Positions 11,447 through 20,487 are shown, counted from the stretch's first letter. The stretch is 64,000 bases of DNA from Nitrososphaeraceae archaeon (GCA_035250975.1 DATFEP010000061.1:32001-96000), one strand, 5' to 3'. Notes: generated by a model from the letters alone, not told the origin. A program made the numbers and translations.

Positions 11447-12377
11447 CAAAATATTAAAAACAAAATTTGAAAAAATATACAAATCTGAACACGATACTAA
11501 TGTAAAGCAAGGAACTCCACTTGTTATAGCATATGATAAACAGATTCCTGCAGAATTAGTAAGAGATCTTCACAAAAGTATAACAAGGTTCTAATTGTTT
11601 GAAAAGATACCATGAAGAACGTAAAGAAGAAGGATTAAATTTCGTGTAAAAGTGGCAGACTAGCAGAATTATGTAAAATGATTATACAAAATAAAAATTG
11701 AAAATCCTCTAGCCAAGATGTTACAGATCTAATTGTCAAAACTAGTGAAATTAGATATCCTCACATATACTGTTTGTTTCACAGTTTGGGATTCGAACAG
11801 AAGTGCCAAGAAAAGTACATATAAACACTGCATCTAAAAAAAGATAATGAATGTTTTATAAAATAACATAAAGATACACACCATAATATCCAAAACTGAT
11901 TCACATTAGTATCTACTGATGAATCGTTCAACATCTTATTAGATTATCTAAAACAGGTTCAGAGGAAATTTCCAAAATGTTATTCCTTCTTGGATAATGC
12001 AAAACAACATAGTTACAGATCAAAAAAAGTACTGAAATATTTTGATAAACATTCAAAGATTCTGATTCATATAAGTCAGGTGTCGTCATGAATATCATCA
12101 CACCATCTTTCCAAATTTTATGTCTAGATATTCAAAAATGTAGTTATTTTAGTTGAAAGATACGACATCAACAAAACATCTGACTTATTTGCCAACAGCA
12201 TCTCTGGAATTCATAATGCCTGATGAAACGCGAAACAAATACAAAAAGATCTTCCCGTTTTATATTATTACTGGCTCTACAGATTTTAGAAGTAAAATAT
12301 CCAAATATTTTAGAACAAAAAGATTTCACCTGGATATGAGAAACTACCTGTTTCAAGGTCAAGATAAAATATACTAA
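11447..12377 (+). pseudogene. Decayed IS630-family transposase
   Basis: Frameshifted fragments: HTH-like 'KIYKSEHDTNVKQ...DKQIPAELVRDLHKS', DDE-region 'YLKQVQRKFPKCYSFLDNAKQH..RSKKVLKYF' and 'YLPTASLEF...ISKYFRTKRFHLDMRNYLF'; boundaries approximate. Confidence 0.75.
12074..12185. mobile_element. 112-bp MITE-like insertion with TA target-site duplication
   Basis: Ends AGTCAGGTGT / ACATCTGACT (9/10 inverted match), flanked by TA (12072-73, 12186-87); excision rejoins the host transposase as ...IYLPTA... Confidence 0.65.
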
Positions 12378-12458
12378 TCGGTATAGTTTATAGAATGAAA
12401 CAATTTTATGATTTTTAAATTATAATACATAAAAATTTGGAAAATGGTTAATTGTGCG

Positions 12459-15158
12459 TTATCCAGATACACAACTGCTAAATCCGCATTCTATGCACAC
12501 ATTACATCCCTCAGTGATAACGAGTTTTGATTTACAAGATGGACACAGTTCACTTTCGTCTATTTCCATTACTGTCTTTTGAATTAATTCCATATTCTTG
12601 TTAAAATTTGAAGTTATCAAAACTTCTTGTTCTTCTTTTTTCACGTTATCAAATATTTTACTTAGATATTGAACTATATATGGCTCTTTTATATGGGTAT
12701 GAATATAATTAGTAACATAATCACTTGGTTTTACAATGAAAGATTTTTCGAATGTATTTGTTCCTGGAATATGTAAAACCTGTTCATTTCTTGAGCCATC
12801 TCTATATACAGTAACACCCTTTAATCCCAATTCATGAGAAAGTAGATATGAAGATTTTACATCTTCCACTGTGACGTCTCCAGGCATATTTATTGTCTTT
12901 GCAATAGCATTACTTATCCATTTTTGCCATATTGACTGCGCCATGATATGATCTGTCCAATGAATATCTATTGCTGTTGTAAATATGGATTGTATCCATT
13001 TAGGAATTTCATCAAGACCTCTAACAGATCCATAATTATTTGCTATTTTTGTTAATATTTCATCATTATAAAGACCATTTTCTTTTAATATATTTTCAAA
13101 TATTTTATTAGTATAGAAAAATCTTCCAACAGTAACACGTTTTTCAAAAACCAGTGCAAAAACAGGCTCAACACCGTTAGAACAGTCTGCTATCATGGAT
13201 AATGTACCGGTTGGAGCGATTGTAGTAGTCCAAGAATTACGTATTCCAAATTTTCGGATTTTCTCGGTTAAAGATTCCCAATCATAAGCGTGCTGTTCTT
13301 TTGGTATTTCATAACATCCAGATATAGGTATTTTTCCATTCACATAATCAGTTTCTTTGAACAATGGAAAAGGTCCTCTAGATTTAGCAACAGCAACACT
13401 TTCTTCCATGCTATAATAGGTTAATGTTTCAGCTAGTTTATTCATAAATTCATAACCTTCTGTCGATGTGTAGGGAATGCGTAACAAAAACAATAGGTCT
13501 GCTATTCCCATTATTCCCAATCCTATCCTTCTCGTAAGTTTAGTATTGTAATCGATTTCTTCTATTGGATATTTGTTCACATCTATAACATTATCAAGAA
13601 ATCGCGATGACAAACGTATCGCCTGCTCATATCTATGCCAATCAAATTCATACATACCATCTGCCTTTCTTTTAACAAAATTTGCGAGATTTATAGATCC
13701 TAAATTACAGGATTCGTAAGGATATAATGATTGTTCGCCACACGGATTGGTAGCCCTCAATGGACCATTTTTAGCTTTGAGGCATGGATTGTATTTATTA
13801 ATATTGTCAAAAAATATCACACCGGGTTCGGCACTTTTCCATGCACTTAAAGATATAAGATCTATCAATTGATGCGAATCTATCTGTTTTACGGGTTCGT
13901 GGGTTCTTGGATTTTTGAGTGTAAATTTATTGCTGTTTTTATTTATCAAAGATGTCCAGAAATCATCCCACAGTCCTACACTTACATTAAAGTTTTCAAA
14001 TACACCTGATTTCGTCTTTGCAGTAATGAATTTTTCAATATCAGGATGCCAAGCTTCCAATATCCCCATGTTTGCACCCCGTCTTTTACCTCCCTGCTTT
14101 ACAACATCAGTAATGGTATCAATGATTCTCATAAAGGATGCAGGTCCTGATGCAACTCCAGATGTAGATGCAACTATGTCACCTTCAGGTCTGAGATCCG
14201 AATAATTTATTCCCACCCCACCTCCAGATTTAAAAATCATGGCCGCATCAGAAGATGTTTTCATGATCAGACCCATATCATCAGGCATATCTAGGACAAA
14301 GCATGCTGAAAGTTGACCTAATCTTGCTCCAGCATTCATTAATGTAGGTGTGTTGGGAAGAAAATCTTTTGAGACCATTAATTCATAATATTCTTTGATT
14401 TTGTCTTCAAAACATGTAAATTTCCCTTGTACAATTAATTTTAATATTTCCTTAAATGATAATTTCATTTGTCCTCTGGAGCATAATTGAACAAATAATC
14501 GTATCAGAGATTCAAAGTGATATTTATTAAGATAATATTCACCTATTTTCAATTTCAGATCGAACTCGTTTATTTTATCATAGTAATTGGTTGCTTCTTC
14601 AATATCCTGATTGTATCCTCCAGCCAAATTGAAAATAAGAGGGTCATGTAATATATCAGCAATAGACACAAGAATCGCAACTCTTTCGAACATCTCCTTG
14701 GGTCCTTCAATAATCTCATTATTATCATCACGCAAGAGATAACGGGATGATAAAACGCGTAAAGAATTGATATCAAAAGACTTGTCAACTTCATCCAAAT
14801 CTTTTTTATTGAGAATTTTCATTTTATCTTCTCTTAGTTTTCTTCTTTCATGTCTATAGAGAATATAAGACTTCGCAGTATCTGCAAGACCATCTTCTAT
14901 TAAAATTGATTCAACTATATCCTGAACATCTTCAACACTTGGAATTAAGCCCTTTTCAAATGAATTCCTAGTGATCTTTTCTAGTACCTTATGACTCAAT
15001 GTTTCAGCTAGTTTAAAATCTGGTTTACCAGTTGCAACCAATGCCTTGTAAATGGCATGTGATATTTTTGCTTCATCAAAATTAACAACTCTACCATCTC
15101 GTTTTTTTATTTGAAAAATAGAATTATTTTTTGATTTGTTTACTTCAGATACTCCCAT
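12459..15158 (-). CDS. nrdJ: Adenosylcobalamin-dependent (class II) ribonucleotide reductase with N-terminal ATP cone
   Basis: IKKRDGRVVNFD cone, PNTPTLMNAG, LSACF, TNPCGEQ, CNLGSINL, TIAPTGT, C-terminal Zn ribbon; ATG 15158 preferred over TTG 15185. Confidence 0.96.
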   Translation of the reverse strand: MGVSEVNKSKNNSIFQIKKRDGRVVNFDEAKISHAIYKALVATGKPDFKLAETLSHKVLEKITRNSFEKGLIPSVEDVQDIVESILIEDGLADTAKSYILYRHERRKLREDKMKILNKKDLDEVDKSFDINSLRVLSSRYLLRDDNNEIIEGPKEMFERVAILVSIADILHDPLIFNLAGGYNQDIEEATNYYDKINEFDLKLKIGEYYLNKYHFESLIRLFVQLCSRGQMKLSFKEILKLIVQGKFTCFEDKIKEYYELMVSKDFLPNTPTLMNAGARLGQLSACFVLDMPDDMGLIMKTSSDAAMIFKSGGGVGINYSDLRPEGDIVASTSGVASGPASFMRIIDTITDVVKQGGKRRGANMGILEAWHPDIEKFITAKTKSGVFENFNVSVGLWDDFWTSLINKNSNKFTLKNPRTHEPVKQIDSHQLIDLISLSAWKSAEPGVIFFDNINKYNPCLKAKNGPLRATNPCGEQSLYPYESCNLGSINLANFVKRKADGMYEFDWHRYEQAIRLSSRFLDNVIDVNKYPIEEIDYNTKLTRRIGLGIMGIADLLFLLRIPYTSTEGYEFMNKLAETLTYYSMEESVAVAKSRGPFPLFKETDYVNGKIPISGCYEIPKEQHAYDWESLTEKIRKFGIRNSWTTTIAPTGTLSMIADCSNGVEPVFALVFEKRVTVGRFFYTNKIFENILKENGLYNDEILTKIANNYGSVRGLDEIPKWIQSIFTTAIDIHWTDHIMAQSIWQKWISNAIAKTINMPGDVTVEDVKSSYLLSHELGLKGVTVYRDGSRNEQVLHIPGTNTFEKSFIVKPSDYVTNYIHTHIKEPYIVQYLSKIFDNVKKEEQEVLITSNFNKNMELIQKTVMEIDESELCPSCKSKLVITEGCNVCIECGFSSCVSG

Positions 15159-15229
15159 ACAGCTCGCCTTCCAATTTTTTAACAATCATCATTATTTATA
15201 AGAATTGTGAATTGAAAATACCAATAAAA

Positions 15230-15310
15230 ATATTATATCAGGGGGTTAGATACAATCTTTAAACCATAGATTTTGGGTTATTTATCGATGTAAACCATAC
15301 ATGTCAATAG
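15230..15310. promoter_or_regulatory. Putative operator array upstream of nrdJ
   Basis: AAACCATA at 15261 and 15292 (31 bp apart); imperfect palindrome AACCATAGATTTTGGGTT 15262-15279; GGGTT half-site again about 32 bp further on; TATA-like TTATAAAT on the - strand at 15201-15194. Confidence 0.35.
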
Positions 15311-15333
15311 CTAGATTCTATAGTCATTTGTTA

Positions 15334-17475
15334 TTATATAGATATTAATGAAATCTTATGGGAACCACAGTATTCACAAATTCTATTATTAGCACGTTGG
15401 GATCGTTTTCCACAAATATTGCATAGGGTCAACCCATAGGTCATCCGAACAAAAGGGAGATCGAGTGATGATTCAATTAAAGTTCTAACATCTTTATCGG
15501 TAGAAATATTTTCAATATCGATATCAATAGAAAGATTTCCTTTCAGAATATTTTCTACAGCACAGTAATGATCACATATTGATTTCAAAGAAAGATTATT
15601 TGATAGCACATCTGTGCCCTTAATTTGAAAACCTTGTGAATAAAGCTCGTCTTTATCGTTAGATGAATTGTCAGAAATTGCGGTAGATTTACCGTATTTC
15701 TCGTTGTCTAGACTCTTGAATCGATTTGAACTTTCATCTTTTAATATGGCTATTCCTAGACTTGAATTTGATAATTCTTTAGTTTGTTCACTTATTATAT
15801 CTACAGCCGTCTGTATCACTTTACAAACAATATTTTCACCGTCGTTTCCAAACTTGTAACCTAAAATATTATAAATTGATTCATTAATTCCAACTAAATT
15901 TATCATAGCATCTATCTTGCCAAGTTGTAGATTAGAAGTAATTTTTGCTAGTAGTGGTGTTGTTCCCTTTTGTATATGCTCGGATATATTACTGACACGC
16001 TGGTAGATGACAGATATTAGCGGTTTAAGCAATAACGCAAGTCTTGCTCTAAAATATGTCTCATCTCTATTTGATTGATATGCTATTCGTGGGAGATTTA
16101 TTGACAAAGATTGAAGTGTTACTACCGTGGTTTTTACGGAAGGATGAACTGCTTTGCAAAGGCCGTACCTTCCCCGTATCTTTTGTTGAGAAAATGACAT
16201 AATTCCACCAAGTCTAGAAATCTTTGCAATTTTATCAGTATATTTGTAAATGCTGTTTCGGTCTTCGCAGACGAGAGACAAACCAATATTGGGAATAGGA
16301 GTATTTACTATGTACCTGTAGTATCCATCAATTACAATATCTATCAGGGAAGAATTAGAGCCATCTAGATTGATAGGCAACGTGATGTAGGGGGAAAATG
16401 ACGAAACAGATGATATTGAAGATGAAAGAAAAAGGATTTTAGAAACTTTATTAACAAGGTTTTCGTCGCTCTGAGCATATTTCGCAAGAAACTCAATGAA
16501 TCCCTCTAAAACTACTTCACGAGAAACCTCTCTAGTTAAAAGGGAGAGTAACAAAGGAATAATTGAATCATAATCATGTGCGTTACATAAGGAACTTATC
16601 CTTGAAATCCCTAGATACTTCCCTTTAATATCAGAAAGACTATCTACTACAGAATTTAGATTTATGAAAATTGTATCAGGAAGTAAATTCCAGAACCCGC
16701 TCTTACCAATATTAATTTCACCCATCAAATGCATATCTACAATATCTTTTGGGAGAGAATTATTAAGCAGATATTCAGTAAAAATTGAAGAGGCTGTCTT
16801 TATGAAAAGATCGGAAATTTCTACATTCGAACCCGTATCATTAATAATATTTATCAAATCTATTGGGGGTATTCCTAATCGTGCAAGTTTATTTCTATAT
16901 TCATCATATCCATGATCTACTAGGACTGAGTTGGTAGTTTCCCTTATTAGTGATGATGTTAGATAAGATGTTTGAATTTTGTAGATCTTATTCTCCACTT
17001 CCTCCGTAATCTTATTTGCAAGTTCCAAAGGCATATTGGCTTCACGTACTAAAGACTGAATAATTTTATTAGAATCAAATTCTTCTATCGAAGGTTTCGT
17101 AGTCCTAACATACAACTTCCCGCTTTCTATTATCGATCTTTCCTCTATTTGACGAGCGAGACTTAAAACTAATTTACCGAGATTAGTTATAGTATATCTT
17201 CTTTCTGCCTTATTAAGAGACACTAAAGATTGTCTAAGTAATTTTCTTAGATGATAAGCAAATTTGCCAGATTCTTTCTTTGATTTAAATCCTGCTAATG
17301 ATTTTAATTCAGAATAAGTTAATGGCCCCTTAGAATTTAAAATTCTGAGAATATCTATACGATTAGGACTCGCCATGACTGAAAAAATCATTCTTACACG
17401 TCTTGAAGCTGATTCTAAAATTCCACCACGTTTCAAACTTGTCCTATTCGTGGTTTGGTATTGTACTCGCTCCAT
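15334..17475 (-). CDS. wHTH (ArsR-like) + ATP-cone + degenerate class III RNR (NrdD-like) fusion; probable regulator
   Basis: ASPNRIDILRIL...FAYHLRKL wHTH; VRTTKPSIEEFDSNKIIQSL cone; HLMGEINI, SINLPRIA, RFKSLDNEKYG, CxxC..CxxC NrdD remnants; no RxxGY glycyl-radical motif; ATG 17475 preferred over TTG 17496. Confidence 0.8.
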   Translation of the reverse strand: MERVQYQTTNRTSLKRGGILESASRRVRMIFSVMASPNRIDILRILNSKGPLTYSELKSLAGFKSKKESGKFAYHLRKLLRQSLVSLNKAERRYTITNLGKLVLSLARQIEERSIIESGKLYVRTTKPSIEEFDSNKIIQSLVREANMPLELANKITEEVENKIYKIQTSYLTSSLIRETTNSVLVDHGYDEYRNKLARLGIPPIDLINIINDTGSNVEISDLFIKTASSIFTEYLLNNSLPKDIVDMHLMGEINIGKSGFWNLLPDTIFINLNSVVDSLSDIKGKYLGISRISSLCNAHDYDSIIPLLLSLLTREVSREVVLEGFIEFLAKYAQSDENLVNKVSKILFLSSSISSVSSFSPYITLPINLDGSNSSLIDIVIDGYYRYIVNTPIPNIGLSLVCEDRNSIYKYTDKIAKISRLGGIMSFSQQKIRGRYGLCKAVHPSVKTTVVTLQSLSINLPRIAYQSNRDETYFRARLALLLKPLISVIYQRVSNISEHIQKGTTPLLAKITSNLQLGKIDAMINLVGINESIYNILGYKFGNDGENIVCKVIQTAVDIISEQTKELSNSSLGIAILKDESSNRFKSLDNEKYGKSTAISDNSSNDKDELYSQGFQIKGTDVLSNNLSLKSICDHYCAVENILKGNLSIDIDIENISTDKDVRTLIESSLDLPFVRMTYGLTLCNICGKRSQRANNRICEYCGSHKISLISI

Positions 17476-17582
17476 TGCACCCGTTATAATTAACAAGTAA
17501 TTAAAACTACCTTGTAAAGTTTTTTTTACAAATAATATAATGTATTGTAATTAACCAATTGAACAAATAAAATTAATAACTG

Positions 17583-18191
17583 TTATATCAAAACTGGCTG
17601 ACTTTCATGAAACTCGTTATCTTGTTCCTTGTGAATTCGTTTTTTATGTATACGCGTCGGTACTTCCGGCAGTTTGTTTTTGGTATCCTCTTCCATTACA
17701 GATTGTACTTCATTAAGAATGTCCAATGCCTCAGTGTTTACAGGAAAGTGAATAGTATCTGACTGTAGGTTTAGGCTGGTATTTATCAAAACATTATCAG
17801 TTAAAGATGACATCTCTGAGAAAAGTTGTTTTGCATGTGGAACTGTATTATCTATATCTATCTGAACTTCTTTTATTGTATTAATCATTGGATTTATTGT
17901 ATCTAAAATTCCAGCAAATTCGGAAATAGTAGAAAATCTAATAACTATTACCTCCAGTGCTATTGACAATTTTTGTGTTATATTTTTTATTTTCCTAATA
18001 TTTACCAATTCGCGAGCAATGACTTTAGCGTTACTAGTATCACCGTTCTTTATGTTAATTGCAACCTTACCTGATAATTCCCTATCAAGTGAGACGAATC
18101 TTTTATCAAGTATCCTCATTTTGGCAAGTTGTGTATTAACAACCACGGTTGCATGAGCAAGTCTGTTTTGAAGCTGGGGATACTTTTCCAC
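17583..18191 (-). CDS. ESCRT-III / Snf7-family CdvB paralog
   Basis: Helical Snf7 core (AKVIARELVNIRKIK...LEVIVIRFSTI), 'EALDILNEVQSVMEEDTKNKLPEVP' C-terminal motif. Confidence 0.8.
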   Translation of the reverse strand: MEKYPQLQNRLAHATVVVNTQLAKMRILDKRFVSLDRELSGKVAINIKNGDTSNAKVIARELVNIRKIKNITQKLSIALEVIVIRFSTISEFAGILDTINPMINTIKEVQIDIDNTVPHAKQLFSEMSSLTDNVLINTSLNLQSDTIHFPVNTEALDILNEVQSVMEEDTKNKLPEVPTRIHKKRIHKEQDNEFHESQPVLI

Positions 18192-18288
18192 AACATCGTA
18201 TTAATTTTCAGGATGTTAACTTTGATGTTAACCAATGTAGACAATTTGATAAAGCATTATAAATTACCAAAACACGACATAGTTAAAT

Positions 18289-18675
18289 TCAGATTTTTTT
18301 AATTACTAGACCATGTTTTTCATCGAATCCAGCTACTTTTACTTTTGAACCGATAGGCAAATCTGATGGTGACTTGATCCCAGGAAGAAAACCAGACACT
18401 CTAATAGCGGCACCTTCAATGGAAAATACTACCCAAGCATAACTTTCTACGTCATCAAATCCTTCGGGAGGGACTGCATGGATCGTGAAAGTAATTACTT
18501 TACCAATACCATCCAATTCTATTACATCAAACTTATTATTTTGACATTTAGTACAATAGACCATCGTTTCTAAAATAAGTGTATGACAATTTCTACAACT
18601 TCTAACTAAAATCTTGGAATTCTTTGCAGAAGAAATGAATTTCTCTCTTAATCCAGAATTCAGTACATCTTTCAC
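18289..18675 (-). CDS. DUF35 Zn-ribbon/OB-fold acyl-CoA-binding partner of thiolase
   Basis: CRNC...CTKC, G-x-V-x-TFTI, PPEGF; follows the thiolase. Confidence 0.85.
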   Translation of the reverse strand: MKDVLNSGLREKFISSAKNSKILVRSCRNCHTLILETMVYCTKCQNNKFDVIELDGIGKVITFTIHAVPPEGFDDVESYAWVVFSIEGAAIRVSGFLPGIKSPSDLPIGSKVKVAGFDEKHGLVIKKI

Positions 18676-18684
18676 CTTACTCGG

Positions 18685-19839
18685 TTACACCTTTTTAAAA
18701 ATATGAACTGCTGCACTAGCACCTGTAGCTCCAAAATTATGAGTAAGAGCTATTTTGGCATTCTTAATCGTTCTCTCTCCTGCTTTGCCACTAAATTGTT
18801 CATATACTTCAACTATTTGTCCTATACCAGTTGCTCCAATTGGATGACCTTTGGACTTCAAACCCCCAGATGGGTTAATTGGAATTCTTCCTTGTCTTGA
18901 TGTAGCACCATCCCTGATTTCTTTTACAGCTTTTCCCTTTTGAAAAAATCCTAAATCTTCAACATCAATTATTTCCGCTATAGTGAAACAGTCATGAACT
19001 TCAGCAAAATCCACATCTGTGGGCGAAATATTTGCCATCTTGTATGCCTGATTTGCGGCAGCAACAGTGCTTGGAATAGTGGCTATTTCTGCTCGTCCTT
19101 GGACCGCTGCGGGTGAACCTCCGCGACCAGATCCAATCACTTCTATATATTCTCTGCCACTTCTTTTTGCGAAATCTTCACTACAAACAATAACTGCTGA
19201 TGCACCATCAGAAAAAGGACAGCAATCATAAAGTTTCAAGGGAGAAGCTACAACTGGAGAATTTAATACATCATCCACCGTTATTCGCTTACGCATATGT
19301 GCCTTTGGATTCAATAGTCCATTTTCATGATTTTTAACCGCTACAAGTGCAAGATCCTCTTCATTTGCTTTAAATTTAGTCATATAGGCTCTAGCAATGG
19401 ACGCGAAAAGTCCAGGAAAGGAAGCACCATTACCACCTTCATAAAAGAAATCAGAACAGTAAGAAAAGAGAGTGGTACTCTCTGTCGTTCCGGTGTGAGT
19501 AACTTTTTCCACTCCCAGAGCTAAAACACAATCATAAAAGCCAGCGGCAACATTGGCATAAGCTTCTCTAAACATCACAGAACCAGAACCACATGCAGAT
19601 TCTATAGTAAGACCAGGAACGTGAGATATACCAAGATTACTCATTATGACAGGAGCCATATGTACTTGTTTATCAACAACACCGAAAACGTTGGAGATAT
19701 ACCCAGCCTCGATATCTTTTGGAGTAATTCCTGCTGACTCAATTGCATCTACAGAGGCATTTAATGCAATTTCAATAATACTTTCATTTAATTTACCATA
19801 TTTTGTACTACCTGCTCCTAAAATGCAGACCTTGTTCAC
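18685..19839 (-). CDS. Archaeal thiolase (acetyl-CoA C-acetyltransferase)
   Basis: ESACGSG, AEVHDCF, NPSGGLKSKGHPIGATG. Confidence 0.92.
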   Translation of the reverse strand: MNKVCILGAGSTKYGKLNESIIEIALNASVDAIESAGITPKDIEAGYISNVFGVVDKQVHMAPVIMSNLGISHVPGLTIESACGSGSVMFREAYANVAAGFYDCVLALGVEKVTHTGTTESTTLFSYCSDFFYEGGNGASFPGLFASIARAYMTKFKANEEDLALVAVKNHENGLLNPKAHMRKRITVDDVLNSPVVASPLKLYDCCPFSDGASAVIVCSEDFAKRSGREYIEVIGSGRGGSPAAVQGRAEIATIPSTVAAANQAYKMANISPTDVDFAEVHDCFTIAEIIDVEDLGFFQKGKAVKEIRDGATSRQGRIPINPSGGLKSKGHPIGATGIGQIVEVYEQFSGKAGERTIKNAKIALTHNFGATGASAAVHIFKKV

Positions 19840-19991
19840 TTCAGTGATTTATTGTGTGTATTATAAAAATGTTAGACACTATCTATATTGAAAAATAATA
19901 TTTGTATATAATTTTATCAATCAATAATAAAAGCAAAAAATAACTTTTTTTATTTTCTACATTTTTATGGATCTATTACTTTATTAAAATT

Positions 19992-20096
19992 ATGTCAAAA
20001 GATAACCGTAAAACATATGCATACAGTGAAAAGAGATCTAGAAGTAAAAAGATTGGAAAATTAGAACGGAGAATTAGAAAAAAACCAAAAGCGTAA
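19992..20096 (+). CDS. Small highly basic protein (34 aa), not in ORF track
   Basis: MSKDNRKTYAYSEKRSRSKKIGKLERRIRKKPKA; ATG start with a T/A-rich box about 30 bp upstream. Confidence 0.45.
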   Translation: MSKDNRKTYAYSEKRSRSKKIGKLERRIRKKPKA

Positions 20097-20158
20097 TTTC
20101 TGGCAAAAAATATATTTCCAACCTAAAATTTATAACTATTTTTTTCTATTGAAAATTA

Positions 20159-20272
20159 TTGAAAAAAAGTAATTCAAATGCAAGGAAAACTACAAAAAAA
20201 GGGATAGCAATAACAGCAATAATAGTTGTTACAATAATCGCTGCTAGTTTTTTAGTTTATTTTATTCCTTAA
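20159..20272 (+). CDS. Small single-TM/signal-anchor peptide (37 aa) or truncated gene
   Basis: TTG start; MKKSNSNARKTTKKGIAITAIIVVTIIAASFLVYFIP*. Confidence 0.4.
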   Translation: MKKSNSNARKTTKKGIAITAIIVVTIIAASFLVYFIP

Positions 20273-20487
20273 ATCAAAATGACAGGACAGTCAGTGATAT
20301 AATGGGAGATCAATCTTGAATTTTCTGGATTTCCTCCGCAAGTTCCTAAATACGGCCCTAATGTCAGGACTTTGCAATCCGGTCAAAGATTCGATTCTTT
20401 GCTATATTGTCATCTTATCTATTACTTGCAATTACCTTTGAAAAACTAATCTTATCTTACTAAAACTATCGTATGAAATGCTAGGTA

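Noticed and set aside
12459-15158. Intein in NrdJ
   Set aside because: Catalytic motifs are contiguous and there are no intein splice-junction signatures; the insertion after MFERVA looks like an ordinary lineage-specific insert.
15334-17475. Functional anaerobic ribonucleotide reductase
   Set aside because: No glycyl-radical motif, no clear catalytic cysteines and no activase in the window.
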